From Octopus vulgaris (Eukaryota), in assembly GCA_951406725.2 (NCBI GenBank), contig OX597842.1, positions 21,886,001-21,950,000 on the forward strand: a stretch of DNA of 64,000 bases. Reading direction: 5' to 3'. Made by a program: the position numbers and the translations under genes. Numbering within the stretch: position 1 is the first letter of the stretch; every line of letters begins with the position of its first letter. Under the pieces are notes generated by a model. That model searched no databases and was not told where the DNA came from. It worked only from the letters and a program-made list of their open reading frames with translations. Positions 1-13,397 of this stretch are shown piece after piece.

Positions 1-392
1 ATAATAATAATATTTTATCTATTCTAAATAATCTTGACATTGTTCTTGACTTTACATAAAATATTCTTTACATTCTACTGTTGTTTTATTGTCATTTATT
101 TACAAGTATTATAAATTTTATTGGTAAAACATTTTTCTAGGAATGAATTACAATTTATAACATTGCTTCTATGGGAAATTATTGCTTTGCTTTATGAGTT
201 TTCACTTAAGGAGCAATCTCCAGGAAGAAATTAACTCATATATCAAGGCATTATTGAGTTTGACATTATTTTGGCACAAGGCCAGCAATTTCAGGGGAAG
301 GAGTAAGTTGAATAACCACATGGATCAGCATGTGTGCTTTTTACATGAACTGGCACAAATGCTTCTTACAGGGAGTGGCATTGCATGATATA

Positions 393-790
393 TCTATATA
401 TATAAAGCTGAAGTTGTCTGTGTGTGTGGCAGGTTTTGCAGCCTTCAACTAACACTATCTCTACCGAGACATTGTAGCGCAAGTTGACCAAAATTGAGAG
501 TATGATAAAAGAAGGCTTGCTCTTCCTTCTGTAGAAGAAAAAATTGAAATCGCACCATGTCAACAACAAAAATTATTTAGATCAGAACGGTGCTTTTTTT
601 CTATGAAAATCCCTATTTTTTACGATTCTTTGACTGCTGTGTCACCGTTTTTTGGTGTATTTCAACCAGAAACCTGTTCACTTTTAGAGAATAACAAGCT
701 ACATAATGCAAGATTTTTACTTTTCAAAAATTCCAATTCTAAAGGGTCAAAAAGAAAACAAATGCGAGCAACACTTAGCGATTCTTGTAG
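393..790 (+). mobile_element. Non-autonomous Helitron, copy after a ZNF 3' UTR (degenerate 3' end)
   Basis: Starts A|TCTATATATATAAAGCTG. Homologous to the copies at 19856 and 32067 that keep the hairpin and CTAG end; this one ends in GTAG. Confidence 0.7.
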
Positions 791-865
791 GATATATATA
801 TATATATAGGGTCTTCACAAGTGTCACAAGCAGGAAGGTATGCACAGGTGGACTGACTACGTCCC

Positions 866-2100
866 AGAAAACAACTTCCGTCACCTTCCAGGGGGAAAAA
901 TTAGAAGTAGTTAATAGCTTCCGTTATCTAGGTGACCAAGTCAGTAGTGAGAGTGTAACTGCTAGAATAAGAATAGCCTGGGCAAAGTTTAGGGAGCTCT
1001 TACCTCTGCTGGTGACTAAAGGCCTCTCGCTCAGAGTAAAAGGCAGACTGTATGATGCATGTGAACGAACTGCCATGCTACATGGCAGTGAAACATGGGC
1101 CGTGACTGCTGAGGACATGCGTAAGCTCATGAGGAATGAAGCCAGTATGCTCCGATGGATGTGTAATGTCAGTGTACTTACTCGACAGAGCGTTAGTTCC
1201 TTGAGAGAAATGTTGTACCTAAGAAGCATCAGTTGTGGTGTGCAAGAGAGACGATTGTGCTGGTATGGTCATGTGGCAAGAATGGATGAAGATAGGTGTG
1301 TGAGAAAGTGCCAATCCCTAGCAGTTGAGGAAACCCGTGGAAGAGGTAGACCCAGGAACACCTGGGACGAGGTGGTGAAGCACGACCTTCGAACGTTAGG
1401 TCTCACCATGGAAATGACTAGAGACCGAGACCTATGGAAGTATGCTGTGCGTGAGAAGACCCGGCAAGACTAGTGAAGCCATAACCCGTGGCCCCTACCT
1501 GGGATGTAGTCAGTCCACCTGTGCATACCTTCCTGCTTGTGACACTTGTGAAGACCTGTTGAGGCAAGTGAAAATCAAATCAAATCAAATCAAACCAAAT
1601 CAAAATAGATGAACATCAATGGAATTTGTATCCTTGAGGCACCAGTGCCGGTGGCACATAAGAAAACACTGAAAACACAACCCGAGCGTGGCCGTCTGCC
1701 AGCCTCATCTGGCACCTGTGTCGGTGGCACATAAAAAACACCATCCGAGCGTGGCCGTCTGCCAGCCTCGTCTGGCACCTGTGTCGGTGGCACATAGAAA
1801 ACACCATCCGAGCGTGGCCGTCTGCCAGCCTCGTCTGGCACCTGTGTCGGTGGCACATAAAAACACCATCCGAGCGTGGCCGTCTGCCAGCCTCGTCTGG
1901 CACCTGTGTCGGTGGCACATAAAATCACCCACTATACTCTCGGAGTGGTTGGCGTTAGGAAGGGCATCCAGCTGTAGAAACACTGCCAGATCTGACTGGC
2001 CTGGTGCAGCCTTCGGGCTCCCCAGACCCCAGTTGAACCGTCCAACCCATGCTAGCATGGAAAGCGGACGTTAAACGATGATGATGATGATGATGATGAT
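866..2100 (+). mobile_element. 5'-truncated RTE-clade LINE (ORF2 C-terminus, 3' UTR, (GAT)n tail) inserted in (TA)n
   Basis: ORF 706..1473 has FRYLG, AMLHGSETW, RRLCWYGHVARM and RGRGRPRNTW, typical of RTE ORF2 C-termini. Tail ...GGACGTTAAACGATGATG. The empty paralogous site is at 15807-15850. Confidence 0.9.
1682..1925 (+). repeat. ~62-bp minisatellite x4 in the RTE 3' UTR
   Basis: Unit CCGAGCGTGGCCGTCTGCCAGCCTCGTCTGGCACCTGTGTCGGTGGCACATAAAAACACCAT begins at 1682, 1745, 1808 and 1870. Confidence 0.95.
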
Positions 2101-2667
2101 ATATATATATATATGAAGTTATTATGTTACTTCTCATATATATTTGAAGGCGCATGGCTCAATCGTGAGTTCAATTCCTGTCATCTTCATCACATTGAAC
2201 AATGTTAAAGGTTAAAGGGTCAAAGCGAAATCCAGACACATTTTCTCTACAAAACTACTTTAAAACGTTTTCCAATGGCTGAATGACGAAACGTATTAAT
2301 CTGGTTTCTGCCCTAAATATTCTGGTAAAGTAAGGAGGCATCTTGTACACCAGCAAATACTCAGTGAAGTGCAAGTTAATTCGTAATTAGTCAACGCCGT
2401 TGCCAAACACTGAAGAATCTTGTTTAATAATTTGGCTAATTTAGTGAAATTCAAAAGTTACTCCAATATTGATTCGGTGTAAGGAATGGAAACCTACTTA
2501 TTTCCCCTTTAATTTCTATTTACTTTCTTAAATCTCCCATACTGAAGGATTATGCTTATTAGAGCCATGCTATCCATGCCAACCTTGTACAATTACTAAC
2601 ATTTTCTCACACTAAACCATCCCTCTTACTAAAAATATCCTTCTTGTTGAGGATGGGGTTTAGTCAA

Positions 2668-3063
2668 CTGGTACTTATTTTATCGACCCCGAAACGATGA
2701 AAGGCACAATCGACCATGACGGAATTTGAACTGGGAACTGTGGGATGACGTCAGCGGCTAGGAAGCTGACCGGAAGAGGAAGGGCGCGCATAGGGTAGGG
2801 GCGATTGCGCCTTTTTCGATCGGGGAAGTTGTGAGTGCAGGACGTGTCAGTGCTTCGACCAGTTGAGGGATAGCAGCTGCTATTTTTAGCGTTTCGGGAC
2901 AGGCCACGTGGAAGGGTACATTACCATCGGACAGATATGGGTCAACGAAGAGAAGGTGAGTGTCTTACTTCTAATCTCCCGCATTCATTACGAACGTAGC
3001 GACGGTCGAAATAGCGGTTAGCATTTCGTCCGGCGTGCTAACGATCCTGCCAGCTCGCCGCCC
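2668..3063 (-). mobile_element. Split tRNA-derived SINE (head 2992-3063, body 2668-2738) flanking the promoter module
   Basis: The reverse complements of both pieces match consecutive parts of the intact SINE at 47191-47402: GGCGGCGAGCTGGCAG...ACGTTC and GAGTTCAAATTCCG...GCCTTTCATC...GTCGATAAA...GTACCAGT. Confidence 0.8.
2739..2961 (+). promoter_or_regulatory. Putative type-A promoter and first exon (unit 1)
   Basis: CpG-rich patch in AT-rich DNA. CRE palindrome TGACGTCA at 2746, ETS core CCGGAAG at ~2770, E-box CACGTG at ~2906, donor AAG|GTGAGT with GT at 2956. All motifs are kept in the 3 paralogs. Confidence 0.65.
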
Positions 3064-4801
3064 TGCAAAATGCTTTAGATGCTTTGGGCAGATAGGTTGT
3101 GCCTTTCTGAAGGTGGTAAAGTAGAGTTTGGTCAGTCGCTCGTAGAAGTTATTCTCCTTGATATAATTATCTCTTCAGTTATCTGCTAGGAGCAAAGTTT
3201 TTATTAAAAGGCCTACTGATGGTGGTTTGAGGGAGTTAGTAACTACCACCGACCTCTTGTTTTGACTGGGTCTTTATTTTATTCATCCCAAAGCAATGAA
3301 AGATAAAATTGACATCGGTATGATTTCGTTTCGGTAATTAAAGCAAACCAATGTATGTTTCATACATTCCCCTTTTTTATAAGTTTTTGTCAGTGATATT
3401 TCTGGTGTCAGATATTCTTTGATCTCGTCTGAAATTAATGATTTTTCTGGATGAATTTCTACTTTTGTATCAAAACTGATGGGGAAAGGACTATTTCGAA
3501 GATAACGAGTGAGATTAAATTGTGAGTGAAGTAATAATTTCTTCTTATTTTATATTAAATTTCGTTTTCTCTTTGTACAAACCTGTTTTAGTGGGAAATC
3601 TTAACAATATTCAAGATTTCTTTACATTTTCCCGATCATAAATGCTATTTGTAAACCTGCTGAAATTATGAAAATTAAGTTATTTATAGAAAAATACGTT
3701 TTTATGAAATTTGCTATAAATACCATTCAGAATGTGTATTATTATTATTATTATTATTAGAATTCTATCGGAATTTAATATGAAAATATAAATTTGGTGG
3801 GCTCGTACACATGAAAGTTAAAATTTTAAAAGAAATTCTGGATTTGTCTCAGTATGTATGTGTATCTTTGTGTTAGTGTTTCTTCCCCTCCCATTCCCGC
3901 TTAACAAACGGTGTTGGTATATTTACATCCCTGGAACTTTCGGCAGCAGACTGATAAAATGAGTTCCAGGCATAAAAGACAAATACATATATATATATAT
4001 ATCATGGTGATCTATGTAAAGGGCATCTATACTGCTCTGCATAAAAAGCTCCCATACAAGGACCATGTGAGAAGTTCTTGATACAGTCTCTAAAGTGGTG
4101 GGCATTAAGAAGAGTGTCCAGCTGTAGAAAGCAATCTAAATCAGGCAGGAACTGGGTGCAGCACCCCTGTTTGCCAGCACAGGTCAAACCAACCAACCCA
4201 GGGAAGCATGGTAAATGGACATTAAATGTAAAAAGCTGTGCCAAAACTGATCTTGCCACTTGAAATGTACTCAATACACTCTGTAGTATGGTTGGTGTTA
4301 GGAAGAGCATCCAACTGTAGAAGCTGAGCCAAAACAGACACACAAGTGTGGGGCAGTTTTCTGACTGACCACCTCCTACCAAACCATCCAACAGATACTG
4401 GTATTGAAGGCGAACATTAAATGAAGGGGATCAGGAAACAAGAATCCTGGCAGTTTGCTGTGTTTGAAAAGACACATCAAGCTAAGTAAAAGCATGGTTG
4501 CTCTTGCATACAAGCTTTTCCCTTGCAACCCCCTCCAGCTGTGCATCCCTAATCTTGCAGGCTCATGGGTGCTGATACCACGTAAAAAGCACCCAGTGGT
4601 ACTGCGTAATATCACCCAATACATTCTGTAAAGGGTTTGTGTTAGAATGGGCATCCAGCCATAGAAACTATTTTAAGATAGAGATGGGACCTGAACAGCC
4701 CTTCAGCTGGTTAGCTCCTTTCAAACCATTCAACCCATGCCAGTGTGTAAAATGGAATTTAAATTATGATGAAGTAATAATTTTAAATTTATATATACAC
4801 C

Positions 4802-5005
4802 TTATAGTATACCATTGCCTTTCTGAGCGAACGATTTGCCACAGATGTCACAGGGATGTGGTTTTTCTCCTATATGAATACGTCAGTGAGTGAGCAAGTT
4901 AATTTTCCGAGAGAATAATTTACCACAGGTATCACAATCATATCATGTTTTACCCTCTTCATTGTTTACATCATCAGATAAATCAATTATTTTAGATAGC
5001 CTTCT
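4802..5005 (-). pseudogene. Antisense C2H2 ZNF fragment (decayed copy)
   Basis: Homologous to the minus-strand finger fragments at 12050, 36302 and 50023, with about one finger deleted. Confidence 0.75.
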
Positions 5006-5389
5006 CACTGTATTTGGCTATCTGATGTCATCTACAGTATGGATATAAATGACACTGGATATATTTGAGGAATTCCTTCATGTCAATAGAGTTTAAAAAA
5101 TGAGAGAAAGAGGAAGAAAATAGAATTTCCAAGACTAGTATTCACTATGATTGTTTCAACCCATCGTGCATCTGTGCCTCGCAGGTGAGATTCTGTACAA
5201 ACTTTCACTGCTTTAATCTCTCTAATTTCTAATTATCTTGTATGTTTTACATTGTTGTTTCTCTTTCATTTCAGATTATCAGATGACATCTGCTTCACAG
5301 GATTTTTACATAAGCAACGTCATTAGAATGGAAAGTCTTTTGAAGACTGTGCAAAGATGTTATACAAAACACGTATAACCCTGTTTCTA

Positions 5390-6714
<1,325 letters not shown>

Positions 6715-7032
6715 CTACTGTTGTCTTATTGTCATTTATTTACAAGTATTATAAATTTTATTGGTAAAACATTTTTCTAGGAATGAATTACAATTTATAA
6801 CATTGCTTCTGTGGGAAATTATTGCTTTGCTTTATGAGTTTTCCCTTTAGGAGCAATCTCCAGGAAGAAATTAACTCATATATCAAGGCATTATTGTATC
6901 TGACATTATTTTGGCACAAGGCCAGCAATTTCAGGGGAAGGAATAAGTTGAATAACCACATGGATCAGCATGTGTGCTCTTTACATGAACTGGCACAAAT
7001 GCTTCTTACAGGGAGTGGCATTGCACGATATA

Positions 7033-7432
7033 TCTATATATATAAAGCTGAAGTTGTCTGTGTGTGTGTGGCAGGTTTTGCAGCCTTCAACTAACACAAT
7101 CTCTACCGAGACACTGTGGCGCAAGTTGACCAAAACTGAGAGTATGATAAAAGAAGGCTTGCTGTTCCTTCCGCAGAAGAAAAAATTCAAATCGCACCAT
7201 GTCAACACCAAAAATTATTTAGATCAGAAAGGTGCTTTTTTTTTCTATGAAAATCCCTATTATTTACGATTCGTTGACTGCTGTGTCGCCGTTTTTCGGT
7301 ATTTCAACCAGAAAAATGTTCACTTAAAGAGGATAACAAGCTACATAATGCAAAATTTTTACTTTTCAAAAGTTCCAATTCTAACGGGTCGAAAAGAAAA
7401 CAAACCTGAGCAACGCTGGGTGATTCTTCTAC
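7033..7432 (+). mobile_element. Non-autonomous Helitron copy
   Basis: TCTATATATATAAAGCTG start; 3' hairpin CCTGAGCAACGCTGGG, then CTAC. Confidence 0.72.
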
Positions 7433-7434
7433 AA

Positions 7435-7585
7435 GATACAGTTATGGGTCAGGTCTAATTCTGATTCTTTAGAAAATTGATGACGTTTTTCATCCGTGGT
7501 CAAATTAACCAGGATACAATTATGGGTCAGATCTAATTTTGATACGCTAAAAAATTGATGACGTTTTTCTTCCATTGTCAAACTT
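7435..7585 (+). repeat. Diverged ~78-bp tandem duplication
   Basis: GATACA(G/A)TTATGGGTCAG.TCTAATT...AAAATTGATGACGTTTTTC..CC.T.GTCAAA occurs twice. Confidence 0.85.
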
Positions 7586-8079
7586 GTCTTTCTGCTTGGC
7601 TGGTTTCCTAAACACGATACAGTTGGGGGTCTTTTCCTTAGAATCGTTGAAGCTTGGTTTTGATTGGTTTGGAATTATATGACGTCAGTGAACAGTGCAA
7701 GAATACTGACTTAACTGATATAAACCCAACAATCACTAGTTGACTAAAATTACGACAACCAAGAATAACTACTGTTGCTCCCATCGGAACACAAGGTAAA
7801 ATCTATAATGAACTCCTGCACTACACTTGACAAAACAGTAAGGAACGACTGACACCTTATAATATATTTTTCGCTTTTTCAAGAACATGGATTCTATTGA
7901 ATGTATATAGCATGGACTCTATTGAATGTATGTAACAATTATGAACTATTCCATTATACTCTTTATTATAAAAAAATTCTTTTTGATAAGGTTCGTTATT
8001 TCAAGAACCGAAACATGTAAAAATTAAAATTTAACTAATATAGTGGCATTTTCAAACTTCTTTTTTACAAATATATATA

Positions 8080-8119
<40 letters not shown>

Positions 8120-8803
8120 GCCACAGCTCATTAGCTGAAACTGGAAAAATCAAAATCAAATATATATATATATATATTTGAAGCTATTATGTAACTTCTC
8201 ATATATATTTGAAGGCGCATGGCTCAATCGTGAGTTCAATTCCCGTCATCTTCTTTACATTGAACAATGTTAAAGGTTAAAGGGTCAAAGTGAAATGCAG
8301 CCACATTTTCTCCACAAAACTACTTTAAAACGTTTTCCAATGGCTGAATGACGAAACGTATTAATCTGGTTTCTTCTCTAAATATTCTGGTAAAGTAAGG
8401 ATGCATGTTGTACACCAGCAAATACTCAGTGAAGTGCAAGTTAATTCATAATTAGTCAACGCCGTTGCCAAACACTGAAGAATCTTGTTTAATAATTTGG
8501 TTAATTTAGTGAAATTCAAAAGTTACTCCAATACTGATTCGGTGTAAGGAATGGAAACCTACTTATTTCCCCTTTAATTTCTATTTACTTTCTTAAATCT
8601 CCCATACTGAAGGATTATGCTTATTAGAGCCATGCTATCCATGCCAACCGTGTACAATTACTAACATTTTCTCACACTAAACCATCCCTCTTACTAAAAA
8701 TATCCTTCTTCTAGAGGATGGGGTTTAGTCAACTGGTACTTATTTTATCGACCCGGAAACGATGAAAGGCACAATCGACCATGGTGGAATTTGAACTGAG
8801 AAC

Positions 8804-9026
8804 TGTGGGATGACGTCAGCGGCTAGGAAGATGACCGGAAGAGGAAGGGTGCGTACAGGGTTGGGGCGATTGCGCCCTTTTCGATCGGGGAAGTTGTGAG
8901 TGCATCACGTGTCTGTTCTTCGACCAGATGAGGGACAGCAGCTGCTATTTTTAGCGTTTCGGGACGGGCCACGTGGAAGGGTACATTACCATCGGACAGA
9001 TATGGGTCAACGAAGAGAAGGTACGT
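8804..9026 (+). promoter_or_regulatory. Putative type-A promoter and first exon (unit 2)
   Basis: TGACGTCA, CCGGAAG and CACGTG; ATG at 9002; donor AAG|GTACGT with GT at 9021. Lies inside the split SINE 8733-9128. Confidence 0.65.
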
Positions 9027-9164
9027 GTCTTACTTCTAATCTCCCGCATTCATTACGAACGTAGCGACGGTCGAAATAGCGGTTAGCATTTCGTCCGGCG
9101 TGCTAACGATCCTGCCAGCTCGCCGCCCTGCAAAATACGTTAGATGCTTTGGGCAGATAGGTTG

Positions 9165-9261
9165 TCCAAGCGGTCACCCATCTAAGTAACCTGCAGGCTG
9201 GACATTGCTTCACTTCGGTGATCAGGCGAGACAAGGTGCAATCAGCATTATATGGCTGTAA
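9165..9261 (-). pseudogene. 5S rRNA pseudogene or 5S-derived fragment
   Basis: Reverse complement TACAGCCATATAATGCTGATTGCACCTTGTCTCGCCTGATCACCGAAGTGAAGCAATGTCCAGCCTGCAGGTTACTTAGATGGGTGACCGCTTGG is colinear with metazoan 5S rRNA (GATCACCGAAGTTAAGCAA...GTACTTGGATGGGTGACCGCCTGG). The 3' end is degenerate. Confidence 0.85.
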
Positions 9262-10156
9262 TAACAATATTAACAGTTTCAAAACATTCGCATTTTCTGA
9301 AGGTGGTAAAGTAGAGTTTGGTCAGTCGCTCGTAGAAGTTATTCTCCTTGATATAATTGTTTCTTCAGTTATCTGCTAGGAGCATAGTTTTTATTAAAAG
9401 GCCTACTGATGGTGCTTTGGGGGACTTAGTAACTACCATCGACCTCTTGTTTTGACTGGGTCTTTATTTTATTCATCCCAAAGCAATGAAAGGTAAAATT
9501 GACATCGGTGGGATTTCGTTTCGGTAATTAAAGCAAACCAATGTATGTTTTATACATTCCCCTTTTTTATAAGTTTTTGTCAGTGATATTTCTGGCGTCA
9601 GATATTCTTTGATCTCGTCTGAATTTAATGATTTTTCTGGATGTATTTCTACTTTTGTATCAAAACTGAAGGGGAAAGGACTATTTCGAAGATAACGAGT
9701 GAGATTAAATTGAGAGTGAAGTAATAATTTCTTCTTATTTTATATTAAATTTCGTTTTCTCTTTGTACAAACCTGTTTTAGTGGGAAATCTTAACAATAT
9801 TCAAGATTTCTTTACATTTTCCCGATCATAAATGCTATTTGTAAACCTGCTGAAATTATGAAGATTAAGTTATTCATAGAAAAATACGTTTTTATGAAAT
9901 TTGCTACAAATACCATTCAGAATGTGTATATTAGAATTCTATCGGAATTTAATATGAAAATATAAATTTGGTGGGCTCGTACACATGAAAGTTAAAATTT
10001 TTAAAGAAATTCTGGATTTGTCTCAGTATGTATGTGTATCTTTGTGTTAGTGTTTCTTCCCCTCCCATTCCCGCTTAACAAACGGTGTTGGTATATTTAC
10101 ATCCCTGGAACTTTCGGCAGCAGACTGATAAAATGAGTTCCAGGCATAAAAGACAA

Positions 10157-10188
<32 letters not shown>

Positions 10189-10411
10189 CATGGTGGTCTA
10201 TGTAAAGGGCATCTATACTGCTCTGCATAAAAAACACCCATACAAGGACCATGTGTGAAGATCTCAATACAATCTCTAAAGTGGTGGGCATTAAGAAGAG
10301 TGTCCAGCTGTAGAAAGCAATCTAAATCAGACAGGAACTGGGGTCAGCACCCTTGTTTGCCAGCACAGGTCAAATCAACCAACCCAGCGAAGCATGGTAA
10401 ATGGACATTAA

Positions 10412-11454
10412 CCCTTTCCTTACTATATTTCTGACTAAAATACACCCCTCATGAGTTTCAATTACATTCTAAAATAATCACGAATCTAGGCTTGTTTCAT
10501 TAAATAACTGTAACTTTTTTACTTATCAACATAAATGTGATATTTGGAACATAATTAAAGAATGGGTTCTTAATCAATTCTGCTGCATAACTTTTGTCTC
10601 AAAGTGACTTTAATTACAGGTAAATTGAGCAAAAGTTAAAAATATTAAAATTTTAAATTGAGCAAAAGGTAAAAATATTAAAATTTTGTTTAAACATCAC
10701 CATAGAAAATGAATCATCAGCTAATATTCAAATGGGTATGCAACAAAATTTTGATAAAGAAGAATTGTGCACATCACTATATCATCAGTTGAATTTAATG
10801 CACAACAGGTGTACCATAAAGGTGGAATAAACTGAAATATTGGAATCCACCGTATGTTTGACCGAACTAAAGAAATCGGTCAAAAAATAGTATACGGCCC
10901 TGGTTATGGTAAGGAAGTGATAAATTCTAGGCCACGCTGACTAACATTATTTTCCCTGTATAAAAACTAAATCCACGCAGTACCCAGTATTTGCTTCACA
11001 AATTTTCCGAAATTTAAACCCTTATTTTGGGTTTGTTTACATTCTGCGAAATTTTTGTTTCCGCATTGATCGCTTTAAACAATAACTTCCAGACCACATC
11101 ATACCCTAAACCATGCTGACTAACATTAGTTTCCCTGTATAAAAACTAAATCCACAACAGTACCCAGTATTTGTTTCACAAATTTTCCAATTCGGAATCA
11201 ATGCTTGATAACGAGAAACTCCTACCTATTTTCAAAGTTGAAGAAAAATCGATGCCGAAAAAAATGTGGAAAGAAATTTCCCAAAATTTCAGGGAATTAA
11301 AATTACACGTCGATCATTGTACAAAACTGTAGATGAACAGTTTAGGAAGTATAATCACGTGTTTTCACGAATGTACTAATGAGATTTGCTCTGATATTCT
11401 CATTTAAAAATGAACAGGTAAAGGGCGGCTTTGGTCGGTTTGGTAACGAAAGGG
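10412..11454. mobile_element. piggyBac-like non-autonomous DNA transposon
   Basis: TTAA duplicated at 10408-10411 and 11455-11458; inverted termini CCCTTTC(C/G)TTAC. Empty site GGACATTAAATGTAAAAAG at ~4217, ~28525 and ~49426. Confidence 0.88.
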
Positions 11455-11941
11455 TTAAATGTAAAAAGCTGTGCCAAAACTGACCTTGCCTGTGATCTTG
11501 CCACTTAAAATGTACTCAATACACTCTGTAGTATGGTTGGTGTTAGGAAGAGCATCCAGCTCTAAAAGCTGAGCCAAAACAGACACACAAGTCTGGGGCA
11601 GTCTTCTGACTGACCACCTCCTACCAAACCATCCAGCAGATACTGGTATTGAAGGCGGACATTAAATGATTGGGATCAGGAAATGAGAATCCTGGCAGTT
11701 TGCTGTGTTTGAAAAGACACATCAAGCTAAGTAAAAGCATGGTTGCCCTTGCATACAAGCTTGTCCCTTGCGACCCCTCCAGCTGAGCATCCCTAATCCT
11801 GCAGGCTCATGGGTGCTGATACCACGTAAAAAGCACCCATTGGTACTGCGTAATATCACCCAGTACATTCTGTAAAGGGTTTGTGTTAGAAAGGGCATCC
11901 AGCAATAGAAACTATTTTAAGATAGAGATGGGGCCTGATCA

Positions 11942-12334
<393 letters not shown>

Positions 12335-12662
12335 CTATCTGATGTCATCTACAGTATGGATATATTTGAGGAATTCCTTCATGTCAGTAGAGTTTAAAAA
12401 ATGAGAGAAAGAGAGAGAAAATAGAATTTCCAAGACTAGTATTCACTATGATTGTTTCAACCCATCGTGTATCTGTGCCTCGCAGGTGAGATTCTGTACG
12501 AACAGTTGTGGGGCATCCTTTGATGCAGACATGTCTTATCAGGTGACTTATCAAATGGTTCTTCGTATTTAAATTTCTGTTTTGCTTATTTCGATTAGAA
12601 TTCATTTTGGTATTTGTTACATGTCAAGCTTCTTTCAGTTTCCATCAAACATGTCTTTGATT

Positions 12663-12733
12663 GGCCACTCTGGGACTGAACCCAGGACCATGTGGTTGGG
12701 AAGCCAACTTCTTACCACACGACCATCCCTGCA
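12663..12733 (-). mobile_element. Decayed tRNA-like SINE head (also ~29462, ~36949, ~50670, ~63048)
   Basis: Reverse complement TGGTCGTGTGGTAAGAAG...CCCAACCACATGGTCCTGGGTTCAGTCCCA has A-box-like and B-box-like motifs. Confidence 0.6.
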
Positions 12734-12794
12734 CTTCTACAGCCATGTCTATATAAAAATGTAGTAAAACTTTCACTGCTTTAATCCCTCTAAT

Positions 12795-12846
12795 TCCTAA
12801 TTATCTTGTATGTTTTACACTGTTGTTTCTCTTTCGTTTCAGATTA
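12795..12846 (+). promoter_or_regulatory. Conserved 3' splice acceptor of the main exon (AG ends at 12842; paralogs 5274, 15949, 29638, 37125, 50846, 63225)
   Basis: CTAAT branch-like motif, then polypyrimidine TGTTGTTTCTCTTTCGTTTCAG, near-invariant in all 7 units. Confidence 0.7.
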
Positions 12847-13397
12847 TCAGATGACATCTGCTTCACAGGATTTTTACATAAGCAACGTCATTAGAATGGA
12901 AAGTCTTTTGAAGACTGAGCAAAGATGTTATACAAAACACGTATAACCCTGTTTCTATAAATATTTACTGAATTACTGCAAAATATATCTTCTGAACTCT
13001 GACATATATGTAGCAAAATTTCTCTTCTTTATTGTCTGGAATACACAGAAAATTATATTTGCATATTAATTAATCATTTAGCATTTAAACTGGCACAAAT
13101 ATTCTGACCCCTCACACCCACCCTACACGGTCATTCTAAAAGTAAACAATCACAACATTGAAATCTGAACATGATAACATAATGAATGATTAATTCAGAA
13201 GAATTTCAATAAACATTCTATTTGACTGATTAATCTGAATGTTAATGAGTTAAAGCAATTAAGAAGGCAGTTTGCAGCATCTTCAGATATTAACAAAGAT
13301 CACTTTTGATGGAGATATATCAGTAGAAATATTTGTTAAGAGCACTATACGAGAAGAAGGAAAACCTTTGTGTACTGTGACAAGAGAAAGGAAAATT

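Noticed and set aside
182-388. Recurrent MLCFMSF... ORF (also 6822, 15200, 31856, 40344, 54120)
   Set aside because: Non-ATG start, made of UTR, SINE tail and Helitron sequence, with variable length; recurrence reflects duplication.
1682-1925. Regular repeats resembling a CRISPR array
   Set aside because: No unique spacers, eukaryotic context, inside a LINE 3' UTR; it is a minisatellite.
2278-2296. CTGAATGACGAAACGTA resembling a hammerhead core (also CTGATGA at ~26988)
   Set aside because: No stem II or III can form; the second is a decayed SINE motif.
2739-2991. Possible terminal inverted repeats on the promoter insert (TGTGGGA / TCCCGCA)
   Set aside because: Only 7 bp, imperfect and not terminal on the right; not enough to call a DNA transposon.
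13272-13397. N-terminal extension MQHLQILTK... of the ZNF ORFs
   Set aside because: Starts at TTG and is broken in units 5 and 7; the first shared ATG is MENEL. An upstream acceptor cannot be fully excluded.
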